DNA of 64,000 nt, from contig JAXLNO010001097.1 in assembly GCA_038087875.1 (NCBI GenBank), forward strand, positions 62,001 to 126,000, written 5' to 3'. Origin of the DNA: Malacoraja senta. Its lineage: Eukaryota. Positions 35,933-48,039 of this stretch are shown here, piece by piece. Numbering within the stretch: the first letter of the stretch is position 1; each line of letters begins with the position of its first letter. The notes beneath the pieces were generated by a model, which worked only from the letters and a program-made list of their open reading frames with translations, was not told the DNA's origin and did no database searches. Position numbers and translations under genes: made by a program.

Positions 35933-37940
35933 TATTATGTTTAACTATATTACAAAGTTAGAAACTAGTATTCCAAATCTATTAAATCTAATAACACAAT
36001 TTGGTCAGTTCTCAGGATATAGGATTAATTGGAATAAAAGTGAAATTATGCCAATAACAAAATTCAACTTAAATACAATACAACAATCCCCTTTTAAAAT
36101 AGTTAAAGATAAACTTAAATATTTAGGAATCTATGTAACTAAGACATATACCTCTTTATTTAAACAAAATTTTCCATCCTTACTTAATAAATTACACAAA
36201 CATATTCAGTACTGGAAAACACTTCCTATTTCAATGCTTGGTAGAATTAATGCTATAAAAATGATTTTCTTACCGCAACTACTATATTTATTTCAATTAA
36301 TTCCGATATATATTCCAAAAAACGTTTTCAAAAAAGTCGACTCCATTGTTTCAAGCTTTATTTGGGATTATAAGAATCATAGAATAAGTAAAAAACATTT
36401 ATGGAAGTCAAAGAGCAACGGAGGTTTGGCCTTGCCAAATTTATTATTTTATTTTTGGGCAGTCCATATTAAAAACATGAATTTCTGGCTGGAAGAAATG
36501 GACCAACAACCAGAATGGTTAAGGATGGAAAAGGAAGACTGTTTACCTTTTGAAATAGGTTCGATTATATTTGCTACCACAAAATTGCATAAAAAAACCT
36601 ATAAGGAAAACCCTATAATACATAGTGGAATACGAATTTGGAAACAATTAAAAAAGGCTTTAAAACTGAATAATATACCACTATGCCTTCCCATTGTAAA
36701 TAATCCTCTATTCAAGCCATCCATATTGGATAGAGGTTTTATACAATGGAAAAATCAGGGAATTAAAAGGATTGGACATCTTAATATGGAAGGCATCTTT
36801 CTGTCATTTCAAGAGTTACAACAGAATCATGGACTACACTCAAATAACTTTTTCAGATATTTACAAATTAGAGATTATGTTAAATCCAATACACAAGTTT
36901 ATAGGACTAGGGAACCAGAAATTCTTGATGAATGTTTGAATACGCATCCTAACACTGAAAAATTAATAGCTTATATTTATAACATTCTCCTAAATAATGA
37001 GGAACCACCGATGGAACTATATATACATAAATGGGAAAATGAGTTAGGTTATCCTATTACGAAAGATATTTGGGACGAAAGTTTACAACATATACATCAA
37101 TGTTCGTTAAATGCCAGACATGCTTTAATAAAATTTAAAGTCTTACACAGATTACATTATTCCAAAATAAAACTAAATTGAATTTTCCCACATATTTCTC
37201 CTATATGTGATAAATGCTGCACCTAGAGGCCAATTTAACACATACCTTTGCAAATTGTATAAAAATTAAAAATTACTGGACTGATATTTTTCAAATAATC
37301 TCTGAAGTTGTTAATACCAAATTGGCTCCAGACTCAAAATTAATAATACTTGGGATATCAGAACAAAGTTTAACACTCACAACAAGCCAAAGAAACTTCC
37401 TTGACTACAGTATAATAACTGGGAAAAAATTAATATTAAAATTCTGGAAAGGCCCTACAACCCCCACAATTAAAATGTGGATTGTGGAAATGTCGGAGAC
37501 CCTACATCTAGAAAGAATTAGACTTGTCTTAATGGACAAGCAAGAACTTTTTGTTAAAATATGGGCTCCATTCATTGCCTATTTGAAGGGATAGAGTGGC
37601 CCAGCGCGAAAGCCCGACTGAAGCTTGAACTCAGGATTAGATGTAATTATATTTCATAACCTACGAACTTATCTCCTATGACGTATTATAAGTTATTCAT
37701 TCCACCTCTTTTTCTTTTTTGATATTGTAATTCTTCTTTCTCTCTTTTCTTTCTTCTTTCTCTCTATTTTTCTTTTTCTATCTATATTAAAAAAAAACAC
37801 TAGAAGCAGAAATAACTGACAATTGACAAATTTAATAATGTATGAGTGATTGATGTATATGAAAAGTTTTTTCTTCTATTATAATATGTTACTCTACATT
37901 GTAATATGTTTGCTTCTAATAAAAAATTATATCACAAAAA
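35933..37940 (+). mobile_element. 5'-truncated L1 inserted in the hAT transposase
   Basis: TSD AAAAATGTTTATCTG at 35918-35932 and 37941-37955. ORFs 35922..37181 and 37214..37594 closely resemble the copy at 4934-8469. Confidence 0.92.
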
Positions 37941-38044
37941 AAAAATGTTTATCTGATAGCACAGATGGCGCTGCAAGCTACTATGGCCAGTATAATGGTT
38001 TACAAAGTAAAATTGCTGATGTGGCTGATCAACATGTTCATATA

Positions 38045-38099
38045 CAATACAATACAATACGGTTTTATTCGTCACATTGCACATAAAGTGCAAGTGAAA
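38045..38099 (-). mobile_element. 55-bp retroposon 3' end with a (TATTG)n tail inside the hAT transposase
   Basis: Removing it restores CAT ATA TGG TGC TAT GCC CAT (HIWCYAH). Confidence 0.7.
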
Positions 38100-40879
38100 T
38101 GGTGCTATGCCCATGTCTTGAATTTGGTGATAACTGAAACAACAAATGTTGTGAGCCTGCAGTTTCTTTTTTCAATTTGCTCCAGAATAGAGCAACTTTT
38201 GTGAAAGCATCATACAAGAGAATGGCTGTATGGATAGAAGTTGTTGGAAAACATCTAGGATAAGAAAAAAATGAAACGATTAAAGCTAATTGGTGAGACC
38301 AGATGGTCAGGAAAATCCAATGCAGCAACAACTATATTTGGAAGTTTTGATGATGCCGCTGCCAGTACTTTCGTAAATCTATTGACATGATTATCAATGA
38401 TACAAGATTCAGAAAAGTTTGATGCAAAAACAAAACATGAAGCAAATGTTTTACTTCAAAGTCTTCTAAAGTTTGAAACCATATTGACAGCATTTCTTTA
38501 CTTGTATATATTTGAAACTACAACCCCGTTATCAAGTTATCTACAGACAAGTGGGTTAGATATGTTTACTGCATGGAGTTTGGTAGATTCAGCTACAACA
38601 AAGTTGAAGGAACAGACAAGAACATTTAATAACGTTCACAGCAAGGCTTTGGAATTTGTAAAGAAATGTAATGACAGGATTTCACAGATGAATATGGATG
38701 AAAATCAAACATTGGAAATTATTGCGTTGGAAACAGCATTGCCAGTTAAGAGGCAGAGGAAGAAGAAAATAATGGCAGATGAGCTTATTGATGATAAAAG
38801 AAATTCCTCAGATTCTCTAGCTGATTTTTGAGTAAATGTGTTTAACCCAATAATGGATCGCATTGTCCAGTCACTAGAATCACGCTTTGTACAACACAAA
38901 CAGTTGTATAAAGATTTGTCCTGCTTGGACCCAGCAAAGTTTAAAACTATTGCAGAGAAGGGCCTTGAAGATGAAGCATTGGAAGGTATTATTAAGCTGT
39001 TTCCACAAATCAGCAAAGATCAAGTAATATTGGAATTGTTTTCTTTTGCTTCAAACTTTGATGTATTAAAGTTGCTTAATGATGGTGAGAATATGGATTC
39101 CAGTTGCAACAATTGTAAAATGTGCAGCACTTGCCCATCGAGTGTACTAAACATTCTGGCATCCAACAGACTTCATGACAAGGCATATGATAACCTTTAT
39201 CAACTTTATAAAGTCATCTGCACACTATCAGTTACTCAAGTCCAATGTGAGAGGACATTTTCAAAGCTAAAGATCATAAAGACAAGGTTAAGAAATTCGC
39301 TGTCTGAGGAGAATTTGGAATCATACATGTTGCTAACCATTGAAAAGGAATTGTTAGATGAATTGGATGCAGAAGCAATTATTGGCAGATTCGCACAATC
39401 ATCTAGCGAACACAAACGATTGCTCTTAATATAGTGGACTGCATGCAATGCTCTATTGTGCTTTTCAACTATCTGTTAATGTGTAAATTGTGCAGTAAAT
39501 TATTTTAAAATATCAACCAATTACTTAAAATTAAAAAAAAAAAAAATTATAACATTCTGTATTTACATTCGGTATCTACTGCCAGTAATATGTACAGTAC
39601 ATGTACACTGTAATTACTAAGAACCATTTTTTTCACAAAAATTTTAAATTGTACCCTTTTTTCCATATGTATTTTTTGAAAATATTATTTATTCGTTATG
39701 AAAATTAAATGATAGCATTGTAGTTGTGGGTGGGCCCCCTTTGTCTCCTGGCAACCAATATTTTTAGACCCAGTCCGCCACTGCTTGCGGCACTCCACTC
39801 GCCACTTACTGCCATTCTGAAAAGGACCCGTTCACTCCTACTCTTTGCTTCCGGTCTGCCAACCAATTTTCTATCCATGTCAACACCTTACCCCCAATAC
39901 CATGAGCTCTAATTTTAGTCACCAGTGTCCCGTGCGGGACCTTATCAACTGCTTTCTGAAAGTCCAGGTACACTACATCCACTGGCACCCCTTCATCCAT
40001 TTTACTTGTCACATCCTCAAAAAATTCCAGAAGATTAGTCAAGCATGATTTCCCTTTCATAAATCCATGTTGACGGACTAATCCTTTTACTGCTATCCAA
40101 ATGCCCCATTATTACCTCTTTAATAATTGACTCCAGCATCTTTCCCACCACTGAAGTCAGGCTAACTGGTCTGTAATTCCCTGTTTTCTCTCTCGCTCCT
40201 TTCTTGAAAAGTGGGATAACATTAGCTATCCTCCAATCCACAGGAACTGATCCTGAATCTATTGAACATTGGAAAATGATCACCAATGCATCCACTATTT
40301 CTAGAGCCACCTCCCTGAGGACCCTGGGATGCAGACCATCAGGTCCAGGGGATTTATCATCCTTCAGTCCCATTAGCCTACCCAATACTATTTCTCGCCT
40401 AATGAAAATTTCTTTCAGTTCCTCTACCCCCTTAGATCCTCTGTCCTCCAGTACAGCTGGGAGATTGTTTGTGTCTTCCTTAGTGAAGACAGATCCGAAG
40501 TACCTATTCAACTCTTCTGCCATTTCCTTGTTGCCCATAATAATTTCACCCGTGTCTGCCTTCAAGGGACCCACATTTGACTTTGCTACTCTTTTTCCCT
40601 TAACATCTTTAAGCTTCTTTACTCAATACTCTGACTGATGAAGGACAAAGTGCCAAAATATTTTTTGACCACCTAATATACCAGCGACTCAACCTTCAAG
40701 GAACCATGCAACCATCAACCATTCCTCTGCCCACCTGGCTAATTGATCGAGATCCTGCTGCAATCTTTCACAACCATTTTCACTATTTGCAAATCCACTC
40801 ACTTCTGTATCATCAGCAAACTTGCTAATCTTGCCCTGTTCTGTGACGTTTCACAGAGTGCTGGAGTAACTGAGTGCTG

Positions 40880-41760
40880 GAGTAATATTGCGAAGTCAGG
40901 CTGAGTACAGAAGTTGGGAGGTCATGTTGCAGTTGTATAAGAAGTTGATGAGGCCGCATTTAGAGTATTGTATTCAGTTCTGGGCACCATGTAATAGGAA
41001 AGATGTCATTAAACTGGAAAGGGTACAGTGAAGATTTACGAGGATGTTGCCTCAGGACTAGAGGGCCAAGCTATAGGGAGAGGTTGAGTAGGCTGGTACT
41101 CTATTTCATGGAGCACAGGAGGATGAGGGATGATCTAATAGAGGTGTATAAAATCATGATTTGAATAGATATGGTTGAGTCTTTTGCGCAGAGTAGGTGA
41201 ATCGGGGAGCAGAGGACATAAGTTCAAGGTGAAGGGCTAAAGCTTTAATAGGAATCTGACAGGTATATTTGTCACACAAAGGGTGGTAGGTGTATGGAAC
41301 AAGCTGCCAGAGGAGGTACAGACAGGGACTATCGCAAAATTTAAGAAACACTTAAACAGGTATATGGATAGGACATGTTCGGAGAGATATGGATCAAATG
41401 TGGACAGGAGGGACTAGTGTAGATGGGACATGCTGGGCCGAAGGGCCTGTTTCCACACTGTATCTCTCTATGACTATCTATCTTTCCCTCTCAAACCCAT
41501 TCTCCTGCCTTCTCCCCATTACCTCTGACACCTGTATCAATCAAGAATCTATCAATCTCCTCCTGAAAAGTGTCCATTGACTTGACCTCCACAGCTGTCT
41601 GTGGCAATGAATTCCACAGTTCACCACCTTCTGACTTAAGAAATTCCTGCTCATCTTCTTCCTAAAGGAATGTATTTTAATTCTGAGGCTGTGGCCACTG
41701 GTCCTAGACTCTCCCACTAGTGGAAACATCCTCTCCACATCCACTCCATCCAGGTTTTTA
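40880..41760. mobile_element. Older CR1 3' fragments (+ ~40880-41480, - ~41480-41760)
   Basis: Degenerate CR1 RT-end and 3' UTR motifs. Confidence 0.65.
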
Positions 41761-41972
41761 CCAGGCTGGGACAGACGGCAACAGCTTCACACCGTGTCCC
41801 AAAGCTTGTGTCCTGTCCTGCTTCACCCAGGCAGCAGATACGTTATAGGAGAGGGCAAGCACCGTCACAAAGTAGCTCACGATGGTTTGGGTAACATTCA
41901 GGAATGTCTATGCATGTCACATCATGAATATAACTGAAGAAGGGTCTTGACCCGAAATATAATCTATACCTT

Positions 41973-42215
41973 TTCTCCAGAGATGCTGCCTGACCCAGTG
42001 ATTTGCTCCAGCACTCTGTGAAATGTCACCTATCCATGTTCTCCGCAGATGCTGCCTGACTCACTGAGTTACTCCAGCGCTCTGTGACATGTCACCTATC
42101 CATGTTCTCCAGAGATGCTGCCTGACCCACTGAGTTACTCCAGCACTCTGTGACATGTCACCTATCCATGTTCTCCACAGTTGCTGCCTGACCCGCTGAG
42201 TTACTCCAGCACTTT
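41973..42215 (+). repeat. 66-bp tandem unit x ~3.7 within a Penelope-derived element
   Basis: TTCTCC...GATGCTGCCTGAC...ACTCCAGC unit starts at 41973, 42039, 42105 and 42171. Confidence 0.8.
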
Positions 42216-43169
42216 GTGTCTATTTTCCCTTCAGCCATGTGCCCAAGCCCACTCTCCCCTCTCCTTTCCTATGTTCCTTTCCACCCATAAACCTATCTCT
42301 ACCTTTACATTTCACTCCTCTTTCAAATCTGCTCTACTTATCTACATGCATTTTTCTTCTTAACTTTTTAGTCATAGAATGATGCAGTGTGGAAACAGGC
42401 CCTTCAGCCCAACTTGCCCACACCGACCAACATGTCCCATCTAAACTAGTCCCACTCACACGCGTCTGGCCCATATCCATGTAAACCTCTCCTATCCATG
42501 TACGTGTCCAAATGTCTCTTAAACATTAGGATAGTCCCAGCCTTAACTACCTCCTCTGGCAGCTTGTTCCATATACCCACCACCCTTTGTGTGAAAAAGC
42601 TACCTCTCAGATTCCTGTTAATTTCTGAAATATTGGTCATGAATTTGATGCAAAAATGCTCCAAAATAAGGCTCAGAATGCATCAGAGAGCATCTAAAAC
42701 CCCTGGACCCTGGCATCGAGGGACTTCACACTTCACGCTCGTGATGTGCACAGCGCGCACATTATTTCACATTACAATCATGCACAGCGCGCACATTATT
42801 TCACATTACAATCTTTTTGTGATCCTGTCATGCCACCCCCCTTTTTGAAAAGCTTCGTACGGGACTGAGTTAGGAAGGCATGTTGGTGCTTTACAGGTCA
42901 TCAGCCACTGTGTAGCACTGGGAGATGGTACTGATGAGTACAGTTTAGTCCTGGCACAGCAGTGTGTACTGATAGGGACAGATCTATCACTGCATAACAG
43001 AGAATGCTGGAGAAACTCAAGAGGTCAGGCAGCATCTGTGGAGGGAATGGACAGACAACATTTTTAGTTGGGACTATTCTTCACACTGATTGTAGTATGG
43101 GGGAAGAAAGCTGGAAAAGAAAGCTGCCGTCCAAAAACGAAAACTTGAATAAGCCCTTGATATAAGCCT

Positions 43170-43680
43170 GGCCGATTGTTTCACTGAACACCTTCACTCA
43201 TTCCGCCTGGACCTACCTGATCTCCCGGTTCCCAAACACTTTACTTCCCCTTCCCATTCCCACACTGACCTTTCAGTCCTGGGCCTCCTCTTTTGTCAGA
43301 GTGAGGCCAAACGCAAATTAGAGGAACAGCATCTCATATTTCACTTGGGCAGCTTACAACCAGTGGTATGAATATTGAGTTCTCTGACTTCGTAATCCCT
43401 GCATTCCCTCTCTCTCCATCCCTCCCCCACCCAAGTCGTACCAGCTTCAAAGTCCCTTCTCACCTAACAAACAGCTAACAATGGCCTGTTTTCTTTATCA
43501 TCATTACTTTTGTGCAAATCTTTCATTGATTTGATCTATAGCTCTCTACATCACCGTCTATATCTCCCTTCCCTTTCCGCAGTCTGAAGAAGGGTCTCAA
43601 ACCGAAATGTCACCTTTTCTCCAGAGATGCTATCTGACCAGGTGAGTTACTCCAGCTTTTTGTGTCTATCTTCAGTGTAA
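43170..43680 (+). mobile_element. Penelope-like GIY-YIG 3' end, 3' UTR and degenerate hammerhead-like core
   Basis: Encodes DLPVPKHFTSPSHSHTDLSVLGLL...SEAKRKLEEQHLI. CTGAAGAAGGGTCTCAAACCGAAATGTC at 43584-43611. Confidence 0.7.
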
Positions 43681-44255
43681 GCTATAGCTTGCAAAAGGGT
43701 GGTTAATAAATATTATGTGAATGCTGCAGTGGGATTAAACAATGTCGACAATTGATGCGTAACTGACAGGAAGCAAAACTTTTTGTAAAATATCTCCTTT
43801 GTTCTGGAGGTGCATAACAATGTTGTCACTGCCCCTGTAGCATCTGGTGCCCTCTTGTGGTCAAAGTTACAGTAATCTGGCGGTTGCTGTCCACAGATAT
43901 TTTATTACAAATTTGGAACAACAAAATTGATGCTGAGTCTCATCCCGGAATGTCAATAATTTCCTCCCTCCCCACAGATGCTGCTCGACCGCTGAGTTCC
44001 CCTAGGCTCCAGCAGTTTGTTTGTTGCTCCAGATTATGAGAGGCGTAGACAGTCAGAACCATTCACCAGTTTGGAAATGCTCAACTTTAGAGGCCAGAGC
44101 TAGAAAGTGAAAAGGGGAAGGTTTAATGGAGAAGTAGAGGGCATGTTTCTTTATACAGTGGGCGGGCGGGGGGTGGAACGCACTGTATGGGTGGTGGTAG
44201 TGCAGATATGATAGTAGGATTTAAGAGACTTTCAGATAGGCACATGGAAGTGCGG

Positions 44256-45330
44256 GGAATAATAATGAATTTTATTTATGGGCGCCTTATACCGAGGTCT
44301 CAAGGACACCTTACATAGATTTATGGTTAACATATAATCAGAATTAAAAAAATAAGTTATAAAGGCCAATACACAAATCAGGGACAGAATTCCTTCCAAA
44401 AACACAAAAAAGAAAATCAGACCATTTTGTTTAGTTTTAGAGATACAGCGCTGAAATAGTCCCTTCATCCTACTGAGTCCGCGCCGACCAGCGATCCCCA
44501 TAAACCAGCACCATCCGACACAGGTGAGACAATTTACCATTGTTTTTACCGAAGGACAATAACTTACAAACCTGTATGTCTTTGGAGTGTGGGAGGAAAT
44601 CAGAGCTCCCGGAGAAATCCCATGTGATCACGGGGAGAACGTACAAACACCTTACTGACAGCACCCGTTGTCAGGATCGAACCCGGGTCTCTGGCGCTGT
44701 AAGACAGCAGCTCCACCGCTGCGCCATTGTGCCACCCCTAAATATGTTCACTATTCTATTGCAGAATCTCCAATCTCTCCCTCAATGTCAGCAAGGTGAA
44801 TTTGAAGGAGCTAGTTATCGACTGCTGGAAGGAAGATGGTGTACAAGCCATAAGCTTCTGGGATGCACCGCAGCGGCAGAAGAAAATGACCACGGATCGC
44901 CCCACGGAACCCAACACGAATCGACCAGGCGGCCGCCGAGAACGAACATGGACTCGGCCGGTCGCCTGCAGCCATATGTGGCGGCAGGTTTGGTTCGCCG
45001 GTGTGAAGAGCAACCCGGTGGAAGCTGCTGAGCTTGGCCCCGAAACCCGGAGAGTCGTGGAGGAGGGAGCCGCTGCCGCCGACGGACGCAAGGAATGGGC
45101 CGCTAAGAGAGGGACTGAGGTATTACCTCCAGGAGAGGAGTTGCCTCCCGGGACACAGAGCCAGTTGGGCGAGGAGAGGGACGTCTGTTGGCGGGCCGAG
45201 CTGGTCGAGGGTGACGGAGGAGGCCCCCCTGGCAATAGCCTGGGGTTTAACTGAGCTTACGTGGATCGGGGGCGCTCCAGTAAATCCAACATACGGACCG
45301 GACATTGGACTTTTTCTTTTTCTTTTGTAA
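44256..45330 (-). mobile_element. L2-tailed non-autonomous element carrying a full V-SINE (~44425-44738, -)
   Basis: Minus-strand tail ATGTAAGGTGTCCTTGAGACCTCGGTATAAGGCGCCCATAAATAAAATTC(ATT)n. GC-rich 5' part at ~44850-45330. Confidence 0.55.
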
Positions 45331-45557
45331 ATACTGCCAAATTACGGCGACGGGAGCAAGAATTTCACTGTGCAGTGCATAAGTGACAATAAAGACTCAT
45401 TGAAACATTGAAGTCAGAATCAATACTGTAGAAGTGCGAGTGCTGAAGTGGGAATGGTGAAGAACTTCAAATTCCTCGGCATGAACAACCTGTTGCATTT
45501 TAGTCACTGGGGCAGAACTTTTAAAAGAATGGACGTTTAACAATCCATCTGCAGCAA

Positions 45558-46020
45558 TATAGAAACAGAGAAAGCAGGTGCAGGAGTAGAAAATTATGGC
45601 CTTCAAGCCAGCACCGTCATTCAATATGATCATGGCTGAGCATCCAGAATCAATACCCTGTTCCTGCTTTCTCCCCATATCCCTTGATTCTGTAGCCCTA
45701 AGATCTAACTCTCTCTTGAAGACATCGAGTGAATTGGCCTCCACTGCCTTCTGTGGCAGAGAATTCCACAGATTCACAACTATCTGGGTGAAAGCGTTTT
45801 TCTTCATCTCATTCCTAAATGGCCTACCCTTTACTCGTAAACTGTGACTCCTGGTTCTGGACTCCCCCCAATATCGGGAACATTTTTCCTGCATCTAACT
45901 GTCCAATCCCTTAAGAATTTTATATGCGTCTATAAGATCCCATCTCATCCTAAATTCCAGTGAATATAAGCCCAGTCAGTCCATTCTTTCATCATATGTT
46001 AGTCCCGCCATACCGGGAAA
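45558..46020 (-). mobile_element. CR1 3' end
   Basis: Same 3' UTR motif and tail as 10781-11100. Confidence 0.8.
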
Positions 46021-47566
46021 AGAAATATTTTACTTTTTTATTGAACAATATCCTTGATTTTTTTGCTTTAAAAAAAAAACATTCTGTTCCAGTCCCACCA
46101 CAGAGATTTTTTGCTATATAATTCTTTGGCTCCTTTCCGCCTTCAATCAATTGAAAGCCAGAGTGGTAAAGACACTATTCATAGCATTGAGTATAAGAGT
46201 CAGGAAGTCATATGCTGCTTTATGGAACTTCAAAGATAGACACAAAATGCTGGAGTAACTCAGTGGGACAGGCAGCATCTCTGGATAGAAGGAATGGCTG
46301 ACATTTCTGGTTGAGTCCCTTCAGGCTGAAGAGGAAAGGGAGACATGGAGATAAGGAAGTGTAAGGTATGAAAGAATGACATCAAATGAGATGTAGTTCA
46401 AGGAAAATGTAGAATAGATCATTATTAGCCAGGAGTAGGTGTGAACGAAGCATACATAGATAATTTTTAATCAGGGGGACAGTCAGACTGGTCGGAGAAT
46501 AGAACTTCAGATAGGCCACTTTTAGAATATTATCGGCATTTCTGGTTGCCCCAATGCAGGATGAATTTGGAAGCATGGAATTTGTGCAGAGGTGGTTTGC
46601 CAGAATGATGCACAGATTAGATATTAGCTGGAAGGAGAGGTTGGACAGACTTAGATTGTAATCGCTAGAATGCTGGAGGTTGATAAAAGTATATAAAACT
46701 ATGAGAGGTATAGATGGGATAGAGAGTCAGAATCTTTTCCACAGGGTGTAAATATAAAGTAATGGAGAGCATAGTTTTCAGGTGAGTGGGACATGGTGTA
46801 AAGGGCCATGTATTAACAGAAGGCTCAATGAGAGATTTCTGCACTGATGTTGAGACTGAGCTGCACATTTACACCTAGACACAACTTTAAACTGAGCTCA
46901 TGTCTCTCCTCCCAGCTGAAAAAAAAGACGCATGGTATTACCTCAAATAAGGGCTGGGAAATTATTACACATGCATTGTCCAATTTTTATTACTTAAGCA
47001 ATAACAGTAAAGTGGACTAAAGACAGACACAAAAATGTTAGATAGAGCTCTAGAGGCTGGTGGAATCAAGGGATACGGGGAGAAGGCATGCATTGATTGG
47101 GGACGATCAGCCATGATCACCATGAATGGCAGTGCTGGCTCGAAGGGCCGAAGGGCCTCCTCATGCACCTATTTTCTATGCTTATAAAAAGATGGAGTAA
47201 CTCAGCAGGTCAGGCAGCACTTCTGGGAAAAAGGAAAAGGTGACGATTTGTGTTGAGACCCTTCCCGAAATGTCACCTATTCCTTTCCCCCAGAAATGCT
47301 GCCTGACCCGCTGAGTTACTCCAGCTTTTTGCATCTGCCTACAGTAAAACAAGCATCTGCAGTTCCTTCCTACACAGTAAAGTAGACTATCTGGTTTATC
47401 TAACACTGCAGTTTGTGGAATTGACTGCATTCTGAATTGTAAAATCATTATACTTTGAGAAACATCTATTCGGCTGTAAGATGCTATGTGAAATATGATT
47501 TTGTAATTGTTGTCCTTAAAACACCAATATAATCCCTACCATAAAACCCAATCCGTAAACTGTATT

Positions 47567-47645
47567 CACTGGTAATTAGTGACGAGAACAAGTGGTCTCA
47601 TTCCCATTGGATCTGGTTATCAGGTTTGTGTATACATGGACCAAT
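47567..47645 (+). promoter_or_regulatory. MHC class I-type promoter: X1/X2-like box, inverted CCAAT (Y box), CCAAT
   Basis: TGACG at 47580-47584, ATTGG at 47606-47610 in the context TCTCATTCCCATTGG (21-nt spacer), and CCAAT at 47641-47645, 104 nt upstream of the leader ATG. Confidence 0.6.
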
Positions 47646-47748
47646 AATTACCTTCACACCAGAGTTCTGTTAAAAACGTACAAGAGATTATGTTACTGTT
47701 GCTGCATTTACTCTGCTGGTTAAATAGTGCTGTGGGCGGCTGTTAAAC

Positions 47749-47800
47749 ATGCTTCTTTTTACCTTACTGAACACTTACGGTGTGGCCACTGTCTCCTCTG
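47749..47800 (+). CDS. MHC class I-like exon 1, signal peptide (MLLFTLLNTYGVATVSS)
   Basis: ATG at 47749, 17 codons plus G, donor GTAAGC at 47801. G+AT makes Asp1 of alpha1. Confidence 0.75.
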
Positions 47801-48039
47801 GTAAGCAATACTGCTTCAACCTGTGAACTTTGAGGAAACAACAAAACTGATTATATTTACTGTTGCACAGTGCCTGTGTTTGCCCTGGGTTCATTGTCTT
47901 GGATGTATTAATTGAATGATTGAATTGAATGTATTAATAATTTTGGGTAACGGTCTTTCCTTAGTTGTAAAGGCTCCTGTGGGAAGTTATATATACTATG
48001 GTTACCTTGGCAATCCATTGAACAGAAGAACTGAATACA

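Larger units (their letters stand above)
34727..39783 (+). mobile_element. hAT DNA transposon with an inactivated transposase (hATC dimerisation domain)
   Basis: 14-bp TIR CAGTGGCGGACTGG and 8-bp TSD CTTGCGGC (34719-34726, 39784-39791). Transposase pieces: IIRYVLKG...ERLL, DGAA...VH(I)WCYAHVLNL, and CERTFSKLKIIKTRLRNSL (38838..39434). Stops and insertions throughout. Confidence 0.93.
33715..40615 (-). mobile_element. CR1 LINE (parts 33715-34726 and 39784-40615) interrupted by a hAT transposon
   Basis: RT ORFs 33934..34611, 39806..40060 and 40035..40574 join across the hAT TSD (GAGCCTTGCGGC|ACTCCACTCG). Confidence 0.88.

Noticed and set aside
42640-42867. Possible DNA-transposon end with a 33-bp direct repeat
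   Set aside because: Only one terminus is visible, with no TSD or partner end.
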